This document shows positions 1 through 13,537 of a stretch of DNA of 64,000 nt, piece by piece. The DNA is from Atractiella rhizophila (taxonomy: Eukaryota): NCBI GenBank assembly GCA_021432655.1, contig MU271351.1, forward strand, positions 1 through 64,000, given 5' to 3'. Positions within the stretch are counted from its first letter, which is position 1, and each line of letters opens with the position of its first letter. The notes beneath the pieces are model-generated. The model was not told where the DNA came from and did no database searches. It saw only the letters and a program-made list of their open reading frames with translations. The position numbers were made by a program, and so were the translations under genes.

Positions 1-814
1 ATGGCGCACACGCAATCGGCCAAATACCTCTCAACCTGAAAGTCTCGGACCCAGATTGGTTTGTCTCGAACATGCACAAATGGGCATTTGCTCACCGAGC
101 TGCTGCACTGTTCTATTGCAAGAGAGAAAGGCAATGGAACACTCATTCGATGCCGATTTCTCATTTCTACCATTCCCCCGAACATCCCTCTGCGGAACCC
201 GCTAGAGATCCGAAAGAATGGCAAAGTTATTGGGTCGGCGAATTTGAATGGATCGGCACCCAGGATTGGTCTCCAATTCTTTCCATTCCTGCTGCGCTGG
301 ACTTTAGAGAGAATGTCTGTGGAGGAGAAGAGAGGATTAGATGTTGGTGCAACAACCTTGCCAAGAATGCCGGAGTGGAAATGGCGAGGATCTTTGGAGA
401 AAGGAGTATCGTGATGCAAAATGAAGAAGAGACCTTGATAGCTTCCATGGTCCATCTCCTTCCTTTCCTTTCTCGACGATTAGCTGAGCAGCAATGGATA
501 AAAGGTGAACATCTCCCTACCACTCAAAGTGTCCGATAACGCCAGCGTTCGAGCGAAGCAACGTGAATATATGATTGAACAGATGTTGCAGCACACGTTC
601 TTCATTGCCATATTCTTCTATGACGGTCGTTTGTGGCTGCGAGCTTCTGCGCAGGTCTGTCTCTCGTCTCATATTGGTGACAGTGTGCTTTAACATATCT
701 ACTGGATAGGTTTATACCGAGCTCCATATGTTTATTTCCGCTGCAGAAATGATCAAGGAATGGTGCAAGATTGCGGCAGATTTCCAGGTTGAGCTGGACG
801 AAAGTGATAGTTAA
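1..814 (+). CDS. PLP-dependent aminotransferase class V / hercynylcysteine sulfoxide lyase (Egt2-like); 5'-truncated by the window, multi-exon
   Basis: Translation gives GAHAIGQIPLNL..PDWFVSNMHKW (PLP-lysine motif), EFEWIGTQDWSPILSIPAALDFR and WLRASAQ|VYTE. Stop TAA is at 812-814. Confidence 0.8.
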
Positions 815-865
815 GAATTTACTGAGAGGAAGGGATGTGCAGGCGGTACAAGTAGATATCAATGA

Positions 866-1842
866 CACTCAAATTACTCCTATCTCTTTCCCATTCTCCC
901 TAAACTCCTCCTCATTCCAACCAATTTTCCAACCTGTACCCTCAAATTATGTACATCCGCACTTCCGCCCCTTTCCCATTTCCTAGTTTTGTTGGAAGTT
1001 TGGTCCATATGTTACCCAGTCAGCGCAATCGAGCGTTGATATAGATCCCCTCCGACGAGCCTTCCTTGACCTATGCCTGTCTTCAAGGGGATTCGCCGAT
1101 ATAAGACTATACTGACTTCTGACTACGAAGAGCGTGTGGAATATTTTCAATCCTTTGTGTAACTCTGCGTTCTTGTACCACCGGTGAACAGCCATTCAAT
1201 GGAGTTTTCTAAGAAGTGCTCATGAAAAGTTCTTTCAAAATGAGCAAAGGCGTACCATCGTGTGAATTCTTAGACTTTCTCCAGGCTGGTAAAATAATAC
1301 ATGGTCATCTGCATGTTGCTTGTCCCTCGATTCTGTCCCCTGTAAGTCTCATACCTTTGTACGTGTCGCGACCATGACCGTACAACTTGATCCCAAAAGT
1401 ATAACGCATTATTCAGGTGGAACATGGACGCCGTGATCCCTCTGCTCGGAGTCAGGAAAAATCAGAATGCCATGCCCCATCACGACTCCGCTGTGCATTT
1501 CCAGTCTCAGCATTATCAAATACGACAATAAATGGGAAGGTACTCCATAAACGCATTTGTTCTAAAACCGAAGCGGATCAGAGGAAACTGCATGACCTCT
1601 GAGGAGCAGGTAACGCGGAAGTACTCCAACGAGTAAAAGGGTGGGAAGGGCGACATTCGCAAAGGTGATAGTTGGATATGTAAGAGCGACCAGGGTGAGG
1701 AGAACCTGAAAATTTCCTCCGATTCCAATGAAAACAGACATTGGCATAGCGTCCTTGAGGATCGGCACAGGATTGCCCCTGTATTCAGTCTGGAGGTTCT
1801 AAGAGGGAAAAAGGATTCTGAAGCTAGGACTGAGCTAGACAT
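866..1842 (-). pseudogene. DUF4188-type fungal monooxygenase-like gene, possibly degenerate
   Basis: Fragments ILKDAMPMSVFIGIGGNFQVLL, GTSNMQMTMYYFTSLEKV, HRWYKNAELHKGLKIFHTLFVV and KLVGMRRSLGRMGK resemble the family from memory. I could not join them into a clean spliced ORF because of stops and frame changes. Confidence 0.35.
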
Positions 1843-2358
1843 AATGGTTAGGACGATTGATTAGTAATGAGAGAGTAGTATTTATATTTGTGAGACAACT
1901 TGTATTCTCGTTTTAGAAAGCATTTCGTGATTCGCGCGAGTCCGCGTTACTGTCTGTACGCATGTGCAAGGTTACGCAACTTGCCGCGAGGAGATTAAGA
2001 CGGAAACGAAGTTGTCCTCAGAGTGACCAGAATGACAAGTAAATATGCTGCCCTTCCGAAGGGAAGCAGAGCAGGGCGGGCATGCTTGATGGTGACAGTG
2101 CCCAGACTTTCGTTCGCATCGGCCGGCACTGGAACATCTCCTCGACCGTACAAACTTGAAGGAGAACGAGATTCCGAGAGCTACCAGTGGGTACGCAGCA
2201 AGTGACAGGTTGAAGTGACAGGATATGAAAAATTAAAGTTCGAGGACTCAGTACAGTACTCAGCTTTGCATGGGGTTAAAAAAGGCGGCTTTTGCCTTGA
2301 AGGTAGCTTGAACGCGAGAATATTTGGTCTACTCACGCTGGGAGGTGCTTACTTCGAA

Positions 2359-2779
2359 ATGCCATTTATCGAACTGCACCCTCTCTACCAATCACGTCTT
2401 ACACAGAGCAAGCGGTGGTAAGTATTTTTCATTTGTCATTCGTCTCCTAACAAATGATACACCACAATCTAGGGTAAATCCGCGCCATCCTCTTGTTGAT
2501 TTAGGCTGGGGGTTGATACACGACCCGAACATTCATCCGCACTACGATTATGAAGACCAAGTTACATATCCGTGGACCACCTCAACTTGTCCCCGCACAA
2601 GAGGGAGCAAAGAAGATGAGGAACTAGTAAGGAAAACGAAGGAGAAGTACATTAGGCAAGCTCTACTTAGAGAGGCGTTTGGAGGCGATAGCTACGGGTT
2701 TGGGAAGAATATGGCACCCATTGAAGGGACGGAGAAGCCAAGGAGCCAGACAAATAGTACATTCCCCCTACATGGGTAA
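2359..2779 (+). CDS. Hypothetical protein, about 121 aa, two exons
   Basis: ATG is at 2359. A canonical intron (GTAAGT at 2418 to TAG at 2472) joins the exons in frame (..QSKRW|VNPRHPLVDLGWG..). The stop ends at 2779. Confidence 0.5.
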
Positions 2780-3242
2780 AAGCAACTGCTAATGCGTCTT
2801 GTAGGGAGGCGAATACTTCAGCGCAATTTCTGAAATACATTCCAGATTCCAGCGAAATGATGTGTATACAGATCTCAAACGACCTGTACGGAGGTGACAA
2901 AGTAGCATATTTCATTCCACGCTCCTTCACGAGCTCTCAGGGTCCGCTCTCCGCCATTTCAAAAGAAGTAAACTTGAAAGTCATCGTCTTCAAGAAAGCA
3001 CCTCTCTTGCAATAGCTAATAGACACATCCAACTTGAAAGGAGGGAGCTCACACTCCCACTAAGAGCGCCTACCATCCTCGAAAAACCACCACTCTAGTG
3101 ATCATCCTTCCCTCATCAATCCATGTAGCTCAGATCGTACAAGCTCAGATAGTCTTCAAGTTCTTCCCACCGGAAGTTGCCACAACTTGAAGACAGCCTT
3201 CGCGTCAAACCTTGGCAACAAACTTCCACAAACCTACTAACG

Positions 3243-5635
3243 ATGTCGCTTTATCGAGTTCTGGAGTCTTATAACAACCCTCCCCCTAGCTCCACAACTT
3301 GGGACAAAGTACTCTCATCACTTGACGAGCTGAATTTATCTGAAGATGAAGTCTTGCAAAATGAGCTGGGACTCACGTCGTCCGAATTGTCACAAAGCAA
3401 ACAAATGGTATGTCTTTTCTGGCTCAACCAACCTGTCCTCTTTCTGAACAACATGTGTAGCTTGAATCATCTTCACAAGCTCTCACTGAGTACTTGACCA
3501 AGACATCTCAGTTGCATATGGCGACACAAGCGAAAGAGCTGAAGGCGTTACATGCGAGTAGTCACGAAATATACATCGACTTATACGAGTCTTTGCATTC
3601 AGGATTGGCGGTGAATAAGACTGAGAGGACTCTCAGAGAGAATCTACAAGAATTAGAAGGCCGGCTGGACGATCTGGAGCGTCTGAAGGATTGGGTGCTT
3701 GTCGCCGCAAGGGCTGAGGAGATCAGGTTTATTTCGCTTTATATTCATAAAATGGGAGCTGACTTGGTATAGTGAACAATCCTGCACAAACATACAAGCT
3801 AGAGACCTCCAGTCCGCAATGCACCTTTATTCGGAGCTACAGAACCTCAGCAATACAACCTCAGCTGATATGCCGTCTTCCGCACTCTCCTCTCTCGTTG
3901 CTCAGACAAAGCACGCTACATTTCTCTCTCTCTCAGAGCACCTCAGCAAACCACTCACAAGTGTTCTGGACGTTCTGCATTGGCCCTCGAAACCTATCGA
4001 ATACCTAGAATTGGAATCGAAGGAAGGCAAGGATTTTGTAATGGCGTGGGCGGACCTAAGGCTGCTATCATCGCAGGAAGAGCAAGCAGACTTTCTTCCT
4101 ATACAGGCTCTGGCAAAGCCTCTAGTGCTACGTTTTCGTTACCATTTCGATGGTAACACGCCAACCAACCGACCCGACAAGGCAAGCCTCGCACTCGGGC
4201 CAGTTGTAGACGTTGCTGACAGGAATTACAGCCCGAATGGTATCTCTCATCTGTACTTAATAACCTGACTGCCCATCGTGCTTTCATCACAAACACGATC
4301 CAGTCGTTATGTCCACCTTCTATCAGCGCCATGCATGCCTTTACGCAAGCGCTGCTCCTCCCCATCAGGCATAAACTTTCTCGCGACGTTCCTCAACTTC
4401 TCACAATGGAACCATGGCTACTCTCCCATCTTGTCACCCAGCTGTTACAATTCGACGAAGAGTTGAAATTGGAAAATGAAGGTTTGGCGAAAATCATTCT
4501 GGATCGGAAAGAATGGTTTAATACTTGGACGGAGGGTGAGAAAAGGTGGTGCGAAGACAGGTACTTTGAGATCATTGCTGACTCGCAGGCGTGGAGCTGG
4601 AACGAGGAGTGGGAAGATGAGGAGGGCAGGGGAGGGGTTAAGCGACCATCCAATTCGGCGGTGAAGGTGTGGGATTTGACGAGCCAGATATATGGTTTGT
4701 TTATTCGCGCTTTTCCCAACGGTATGTTGACTAGAGGAAGGTAGAGAGATACAGGTCCCTCCCAGAGACCAAGTACCAACTTCCGTTCCTGGAAAGCGTT
4801 CATATCCCAATTCTTGAGCATTACACTGAAAGACTCACGCGATCTCTTGATGCTTTCGAATCCCTCTCCTACGTACCAGGATCGATCTCCTCGTCTTCTC
4901 GGCAGACATCAGGCATTTCCGGCCTTGAAAGGCTATTGAAAGCAGGTGTGAGCGCGCGGTGGATGACGGAAAGGTTGGAACAACTGAAAGAAGACTTGTT
5001 TTGGATTGAGATGGAGGAGATTCGTGGAGTCCAGCCTTTCGGGAGTTTGATTGAGAGTTTAAAGAAGTTAGAAAGAAGGGCGGAGGAAGATATGATCAAG
5101 TTAGTGGTGAAGGAGGTGGGAGAAGAACTGAGAAACTATTTAAATGGGTTTGCCACTTCTCTGAGTGATCTAAGACTTCCGTTGTGCTGATACGCGCGTA
5201 AGGCGGCGTTGGGATTTCACCAACGACGATACCCCGGAAACAGTGTCACCTCAACTTCTGCCTTCGCTTTCACACCTTTCAGCATTTTACTCCCTCTTTA
5301 CATCCGTACTTCGACCCCCCGTTCTCCTCCCCTTCGTCCGACGCATCTCAATCGCGCTCACTGACGGCCTCTTTATACGCCTACCCACTTTCTCGGCCGA
5401 CGGAGGGAAGCAACTCCTGTTTGACGTGAACTATGGATTCAAGGAAGCTACTGGCGGGAAAGGATGGGAAAAACTCGAGGAAGCGGCCTCAGTACTGAGT
5501 ATGACGGATGGCTTCCAGAAGGTAGTTAAAGCGGCATGGGGAGAGGAAAAAGAGTTGGAAGAGATTGGAGTTCGATGGCTCGACCTAGCAGAAACAAAAA
5601 TTGTTGTGAAAAGGAGACCAGAGTGTTGGAGGTGA
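3243..5635 (+). CDS. TIP20: RINT-1/TIP20 family Dsl1 tethering complex subunit, multi-exon
   Basis: Motifs LRFRYHFDGNTPTNRPDK|PEWYL, LLSHLVTQLLQFDEEL and FSADGGKQLLFD, ending KRRPECWR. Confidence 0.85.
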
Positions 5636-6367
5636 CGGGTATGAAGCGATTTTGTTGTCTCACCCTGAGCCTGAAGGCAATCTGAACTTGAAAATCACAT
5701 GGCTACTCTCGAGTGCAGCCTCACGTTTTGTCCATTCATGGGCGCTGAATGGCAAATGACTTACTAAAGTTTTTTTTTTTGGCAAATTGCAACAGGTCCT
5801 TGCCTCCCATCATTGTAATCATTATTCATGTGGCAGAGTACAAGGGTCAAAAAGCCCGAGCTTTCAAAATTTCAAGCGTAGCTCCAATATTCAATATTCG
5901 GTTTTGGTATTGTCCAACCTTTGCCAACCGTTGCTCTTCTCTCAATTCTGCTGGAGAATGGGCACCATGAGTCGCGTCACATTCCAAAATTTTCTCAGGC
6001 TTGTTCTAAAGCGGGAAGAATGGTTTGTTTCTAGTCAGCCGTTCCCGCTTCTTTCTCGCCGAGAAGAGGGTCAGAAGGTCTCAAGATCTGTGCTCAAATA
6101 GGAGCTTCAGACCAGGTGAGACCACCCCAGTGGCAATCCTAGTCCCCCAAAATTGAACTCATTTAACGACCATCATCAATCCGCTATTACCCTTCTTGTT
6201 GTTTTGTGTGAATACATCGCTCTCGCTTTGATCAACTCCTCACTGTTACGCGCCTGCGTTTTCACTTTCTTTTACTTCGAATCTCTGTCTCTGGGTAGAA
6301 GGTGAACATTCCCACCACTCCCATAGATTTGAAAAATGAAGCATACTGATTTTATTTGCCCTTAGGG

Positions 6368-9300
6368 ATGTCGAACAACTTCGACTATAATGCATCCTTG
6401 CAGGCGCCGCCACGAGGTCGCAATTCTGTTCGCTTTGGTGGCGAAGAAATAGAGGCTGATTCCCCCCGCCCTCCACCCTCTTCTTACCGTCCCCTAGTTG
6501 AACAGCATGCGAACCAGGATGGCTTTGGAAGTCAGGCGTATTCGCTGCGGCTCGATCCCCAACAATCAACCATTCAATCTCCCTCTCGTCCCAATCTCTC
6601 CCCGGGTACCGCGTTCCAGACCTTCACCTTTGCCGCCTCTCCTCCCCAACCCCCTCTCTCACACCATTTAGGGGAACGCACTCCTCGGGCCCCGCCAGTC
6701 TCCCACTTCTCTCCTATCAAGCAGAAGCAATACAAAGACGACAGGAAAGGGAATGTTGTTCGTTCTTCGTTCCCCGGGTGTTCTGCGGTTCCAGCCAGTG
6801 ACAGCGTCCGACCTCGAATCTCTAGCCACGGGGATTCGTCTCGAGTCTACGGTGGACCCCCTCCACTTCCGGTTCAGGACGTGTGTTCTCAGTCCAAGGA
6901 CCCTGCAAGCTTCTACCAGCAGGATGGATCGAGCGATTGTACACTTCGAGATAGCGAAGCAGACGACATCGAAGCAGGACAAGCGCTGCCTAAACCTTGG
7001 GACCACAATAGTCGACCTCTCAAGCCAGCCCTGCGTCACACGGAAACTGAGGTGGAAGTCGCGAGATCCAACGCTGCTGCTGCCGGTCTAGTGGACTCTC
7101 ACAAGCGTGCGATTCAGCGGGGGAACGGAACTGGCAAAGGTGGCGTTCTGTCCAACATTCTCCAGCTTTACGGAAATGACGGTTCCAATGTTCTCCGAAA
7201 ACGTAGCGCTTCTCTTGACACCTCCTCTTCAGCTGATTGGAGTGGGGCGGAGAGCCGGACAACCTCTTTCGACTCCAGACAGTTCCCCACTATAGGCAGG
7301 TTATCCAGAGCAAAATCCTCCAATTCGGTTGCCACCGATGTCGATGTCCATGATCCCAGCGTTACTGGAGTGAGAAGGTACTCAGTCATTGCCACGGATA
7401 AAGCTGCTGGTCTCGGAGTTCCTAAAACCCGCCCACAACGACCAAGTTTTCGAGCTTCTTTGTCCGTCGCCGATGGAGGAGTATCAGACACGGAGAGCGT
7501 AAAGACTCGAGCATCAGCGACAGCCAGGAGGAAGAGGAGGGAGTCGGTCCTTAATGGAGACATGAGGGGAGATTATATGGATGTCAAACGGTCCGATAAG
7601 CTGAAGAAGGAAGATCGAATTACTCTCAAGTTGGCAGGTTCGCCTCCACAGGGCTTTCTGTTGCGAAGCTGAAAGAGAGGTTGTAGATATCTTACAGCGA
7701 CAGAACTTCGTGCTCAAGCTGGCTAAGGCGCTTATGACCTTTGGATCTCCAAGTCATCGACTCGAAGCTCAACTGAACGCGACTGCTAAAGTTCTCGAGA
7801 TTGATGCTCAATTCGTCCACATACCTGGAGTAGTCGTCGCATCCTTTGGAGACCAGGAGACACATACATCGGAGACTCGTTCGTCATCCAACTTCTCCAG
7901 TCCCAGCCTCTCACTGCCGTGATAGACTTCGTCAAGGGTTCTGGTGGCCTGGTGCTTGGCAGCTTGCACCATACGCACGATGTTTATCGAATGGTAGTTC
8001 ACGATGAAATCAGCGTTGAGAACGGAACAGCTGCTTTGAACCGGTTGCTAAAAGCGAAGCCTACCTATCCATTATGGCTAGTAAGCACCTTTCTCGTTAC
8101 GTTGTCTACGGTGTGCCGAACGAGAGGACAGAGAGTAGTCTTTGCAACAGTGATCACTGGGGTCATCTGTCCGATGGGGTTTGTTTTAATCCGAGTCTCT
8201 GACGCACCACTGAGACTTTGAATTCAGCTTTGGCGGAAGCGTCCTTGATGCCGTGAGCCGTGATGGGTATTAGTCGATGACACCCAGTGCTTACCATTGG
8301 ACAGGCCATTTCTGCAATTTTCGGAGCGATGTTTGGCTTCCTTCAGCTCAGGGTAGCAGCTACAAATCCTCTTTACGCCAACATTTTCGAGTAAGGTACT
8401 GCTTTTACAACGGACTTCACTTACGGCGCATAAGGATATCCACCGCTACAATAGTTAGTTTCATTGCGCGAGGCTTATCATCGACAGGATTGTTCTGCTA
8501 CGAGTCATTATCCTCCTCAGGCGTGGTGATGATCTTGCCAGGCTACGTGATCTGTTTGTTACCTTCCTTCCTCGACTGGATCTAGTTTTGATCGTTCACA
8601 GTGTGTGGCTCTCTCGAGTTGGCTTCTAAGAACATTGTTTGTGGTTCCGTGCGAATGGTTTATGCCATTATATACTCTTTATTCCTTGGTTTCGGTATCG
8701 CAATTGGGTCGGGTAGGTTCATGACCAATTCCAAATTAGCCTTCATGTTCTCACAACTAAACAACAGATTTCTATTACCTTCTCGATCCTGCCGCACGAC
8801 ACAGACATACTGTAACATTGGAAGCGACCACATTTACGGAAGCAGGCTCATTTGTGCTGGGAAATGGAACTACTGTTCTCTCAGGCACTTTTACGTTCAG
8901 TAACAATACCCATGCTGGAAGGAGTCCGCAAGAAGAACTTGAGCAAGGAAATGTCATGTGTTTCCGCGATCCTTCGTGGCAGTGGTATCGTCAGAACGTT
9001 TCGGCGTGGTGGTTGTTTCTGATGGTCCCTGTTGTTTCCCTTACGATGTCACTGTCAAATGGTCAACCATGGAAGAGTAGAGAACTCCCAGTTCAGGTGT
9101 TCATCAGCTGCACTGGCTTTACACTCAACAGGATTGCCAATGCTTACGTATGTCCCTTCGCCCGTTGAAGACTCCTCCGTGATTGGTTTGGTTGACCGGT
9201 AGATATTCAATCACTCAGACGTCGTCTCCTTCCTCGGTGCATTCGCCATTGGCGTAATGGGAAATTTTTACTCGCGCGTGTTCAAGGGAACGGCCCTCAC

Positions 9301-9671
9301 TTCAATGGCAACAGGAGTGCTGTTCCTCGTACCGGTACGAGAGTTCCTTTGATTCTCTTCCACCGTTGACGTGGTCACCTTAGTCTGGTATTGCTGCAGC
9401 CGGTGGATTGGCCATGACAAATGTGCAAGGCGGTGACTCGTATTCCAATGGGTTCGTCAAAATATATCTCAGAGAATGACGGACTGAAAAAGCTGCTTAG
9501 TTTGGTGATCGGTTTCAGGATGGTTCAAGTCGCCATCGGCATCACCGTCGGCCTTTTCTTCTCCTCTTTCGTTGTCTATAGTTTTGGATCGAAGAAACGC
9601 GGTGCTTTATTTGTGAGTTTATATTTCTGCGACCTCATGCCAACGCTAAGGGAGACTATCAGGCTTTCTGA
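6368..9671 (+). CDS. PRM10: PRM10-like ThrE (DUF1212) family membrane exporter with a long disordered N-terminus, multi-exon
   Basis: Motifs LKLAKALMTFGSPSHRLEAQL, ILPGY..CGSLELASKNIVCGSVRMVYAIIYSLFLGFGI and MVQVAIGITVGLF, ending GALF|AF*. Confidence 0.85.
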
Positions 9672-9866
9672 TCATTCGTCACCGTTTGATTTCGGAAGTC
9701 TAATCAGGACGTCGTCGAACGAAATTCTTTTTTGTGCCTATTCATTGTAACTTTATGTGCATAGTACTATGCTTGAATGCGAAACAACAAATATAACAGA
9801 TATCTCAGTGGAGGCAATAACACGAGAAAGAGCAGAACGGAAGGCAGAAACGAGTTGGGTCGACTC

Positions 9867-12800
9867 TCATGCGTCCTCAGTTTCCTCAATGAACCAATTC
9901 TCAAAGCTTCTATCCCAACCCGCTTGATCATCCAGCACTGTATTCGCTTCTTCCTTCAGCGGCGGACGATCTTGAGGGATCCGGAGCATAGGCAAGACGT
10001 TATCGCCTGAATCCATCTGTGGGGGACTACTTCGAGGAGGAGGAGAGTACTCTGGATGAACAACAGAAGTTGGACGGGACGGAGGAATGGAATGTATTGC
10101 AACAGCGGCTGGGGGATGATTTACAGCCTCATGTGAGGAGGTAGCTGCTTCGATGTTGCCTTTCCGAAGAGGACTTGAGTGGCGAAATCGACCTGGTATT
10201 CCCGAGTTGCCGTCTTCTTTATTCCTTTCCGACATTCCGCAAGATGTATGCTGAATCCGATTGCGTTTTAAGAACTCTGTCGGGGATCTTTCGTCACCTT
10301 GGCCTTGGAGCATTGGCACGACTTCTGAGATATCTGGTAACGTGTCGCTGTTGTCGTCTAGTTCAACAATGTCTTGATTTGGCTTCTTCGTACGAGAAAG
10401 AGTTTTCTTCAGAGCAGCCTTCTGCAACTCTGAGGGTTTGGATTTACGAACAGAAGCAGAAGGAGCTTCCTCAGATTCACAATGGTCGGTTTCTGTCTTC
10501 CTCCCACTTGTCTTCGCTCTGCGGGTTTTCTTGCGCGTGGATGTGGAGACTGAAGGTTGACGGTCGCGCATGTCGTCACTTTCCCATTCTTCCCTCTTGC
10601 GCTTTTTCTCTTGTCCCTTCCCTTTTGCCGCGGATGTTCTACCTCTCCCCAACTCCGCTGATTCGAGGTTCAACACGATTCGAACTATTCCCCTTACCTC
10701 CTCTCCAAGAGCGGCCTTCTCGATGTCCTGTCTGGTAAAGCGAAGTAATCGTGTCGCACCAGGTGCCTTTTTGAGGTAGACATTGACAGAGTAAGCTGTC
10801 GCTTGATACTCGACTTTTAAAAAATCGTTGACGAGGAGGTTCAGGACGACGCGTTCTGTGGCATCTTTCGACAGGGTCACCTTCGATCCTGCGACAGCTT
10901 CTATGTTCAACCGTGTTTTCTGGTTTCCATTCCCCGTGCTAACGACTCCACCACCTAGTCCACGAACAAGATCAATGAGTTGAGAGAAGGTCACCCGGCC
11001 TCCCTGATTTTCAACCTGTTGAAGACATCGAAGAATGCGCCATGACTCGAGAGTTACATCTTTCTCTTGAAAGGATGACGGTCCGCGAAGGCACTTTTAG
11101 AAATACTGTCAAGGATGGGTTGGATTATAGAAGAAGACGAACGTTATCGCAATGCCCACAATCTGCATCTTCGTTACCCGCGCGTTCGAAGGCGGCAACA
11201 CTCTTTCCAGACCCTTCACGTCCAAAGTGAGCCGCAAAGGATTTCTTCCTGCAGAGGCTTAAATCCTGAGCATAGCCTGCTTTAGATGTCAGTTTTTTGA
11301 TAGTTGAGTATCGGCACGTACGAATCATGGGCCATACTGATGCTTAAATGAGTGACACATATGGCAGACAAGGAGAAAACGTACGCTTCTCAGTTCCGGT
11401 CCTATCATCACAAATGATGCTTAGAACTCGGAACGCATCTTGACCCCTCCACAGCAAGACACAATCACTAGTATTTCCATCTCTTCCGGCACGCCCGCTT
11501 TCTTGATAATAACCTGAAACGTGTTTGGAGACAGAAGGTCAAGAGGAGGGTTAAATCACCTTCAAGCGATTTAGGAAGTGAATGATGCACCACCCATCGA
11601 ACGCGAGCGGCGTCGATCCCCAGCCCGAACGCAATGGTGGCACAGACAACTTGGACTTTGCCGTCTCTCCAGTGTTCGTGGATCCGTTCCTTTTCTCCCT
11701 AATCCACAGATGTGGTTTTTAGCCAGTTCCCAAGGAGGTAAAATAAGGCAAAGAATCTACATCTGGAAGCGCAGCATGATAAACACCGGTTTTAATCCTT
11801 CCTTCGGAAGTCTCCGCGATAGCTGCAGCAACGGTCTCAGAGTCTTTTTGTGTTCTGTTATTCCTAAGTCACTGACAAATCTTAATAGAAATAGGAAAAC
11901 CGACAAGCAGTATACTATCCCCGTCTCTTTACTATGGTTGTCCTCCACCCACTCAACCAACTTCTTAATAACAGCATCCGCTTGCTGCGGTTTAGACATC
12001 ACGGAATAGTTGAGATTTGGTCGATAGAGTGGAGAACTGCGTCCTTATCTCAACGACTATAATATCTAACAACAACGGCCCTACCTGAAGAACGCTGTGC
12101 CTTTCCCTATCGGAGCGAGGCCTAGAACATCGAGCAGATCGGAGAGCACGGGAGACGGAAGCGTTGCAGTCAAAGCGATAATAGGTACCTCAGGGAAAAG
12201 TGTTCGAAGTTTCGAGAGCTTGCGGTAATCTGGCCTGTAGTCGTGTCCCATTTGAGAGCAACAATGTGCCTCATCAATTACGATTCCTACCCAGTATGTT
12301 GAGCTGGTTATCGAGCGAGAGGGAGTGAAATGACGTACGTGAGAGCTTATTTTTTCCATACATCTTTGTGAGGGTATTCATGAATCCTTTGTTCCCTGCG
12401 ATTCTTTCTATTTCCCCTTCCTTAGCAGATCTTCTTCGCAAGAGGGAAAAGAAAACAAAGGCAGAGGAGACAAACCAGGAGTGACATAGCACAACTTAAT
12501 TTCCTCTCCCACATCTTCAACCATCTCCTTCCCAATCCTTTTAGCTTCATCTTTATCTGTTGTGCCGGTCAGCGCGACTGCATTAATGCCCGCGTTCTCA
12601 AGATGATGGACTTGGTCCATAATGAGGGACAGGAGTGGAGAAACAACGAGGGTAGTGCCTTCAAGGAAAATAGCAGGGAGTTGATATGTGAGTGACTTCC
12701 CTCCTCCTGTAGGCATAACTACCACGGTATCATTTCCCTCAAGAACAGAGTTGATCACGTCTTCTTGACAGAGGCGGAAAGAATTGATACCCCACAATTG

Positions 12801-13091
12801 CCGTGCTTTAGAAAGAAGTTGAGAGCGTGGGTATGAGACGGCTGCCTTCGTGGCGCGCTGAGGAGGCGGCGCGGAAACAGGATGGAAAGAGAGGGAGGTG
12901 AGATATCGCTTCAGTTGCGTAGCACGAGATTTGAGTGTTGGGAGCAGCTCTTGAAGATCGGCTATTTGGGACTCGACAGAAGCGATTTCCGTCATGAGCT
13001 GCAATGGTTGATCAGCACCACGAGATTTGAGTGTTGGGAGCAGCTCTTGAAGATCGGCTATTTGGGACTCGACAGAAGCGATTTCCGTCAT
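9867..13091 (-). CDS. RecQ family ATP-dependent DNA helicase (RECQ1-like), multi-exon; start approximate
   Basis: Motifs [40 protein letters not shown] and GIVYC, then an RQC zinc site ([10 protein letters not shown]...CGHCDNC) and a winged-helix region. Confidence 0.9.
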
Positions 13092-13116
13092 GAGCTGCAA
13101 TGGTTGATCAGCACCA
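12923..13116. repeat. Perfect tandem duplication of a 96-bp unit (2 copies)
   Basis: The unit cacgagatttgagtg...gttgatcagcac starts at 12923 and again at 13019. The copies look identical. Confidence 0.95.
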
Positions 13117-13452
13117 ATTCAAACCTGGGTGAGCATTTGTGGCCGCATTGCGAGCTCACTTGAAACTATCTCAGAATATAACCTTTGTGCAATGCAGAGT
13201 GATACACTGCTATCACCGTGCTTATCTGCAGCACGCATAGTTCCAAAGTTACTCAAAAGTTGATGCGTGTCGTGTTGTGCAATCCGTCCAACTACTCTCA
13301 GCGTGTTATATTGGCGACAGACATGGAACAGTGTACAAATTTCTCTTCGTCAAATCACAAAAAGCGCCTTTATTAGGTCAAGAGGAACACGGGACTGGCT
13401 GCTTACGTCAAGCATGGGTACATAGCAAATTGCAAGATAATCATCACGTTAG

Positions 13453-13498
13453 ACGCGTCCTTGATGGAAATTAGACGCGGAGAGGTTGAAACACGCGT
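13453..13498. promoter_or_regulatory. Cluster of MCB-like (ACGCGT) elements upstream of the RecQ gene
   Basis: ACGCGT at 13453 and 13493 and ACGCG at 13475, with TTAGACGCG occurring twice. Confidence 0.4.
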
Positions 13499-13537
13499 CG
13501 CTCAATTGCGTACTTCACGAAAAACCCTTTGAATGAA

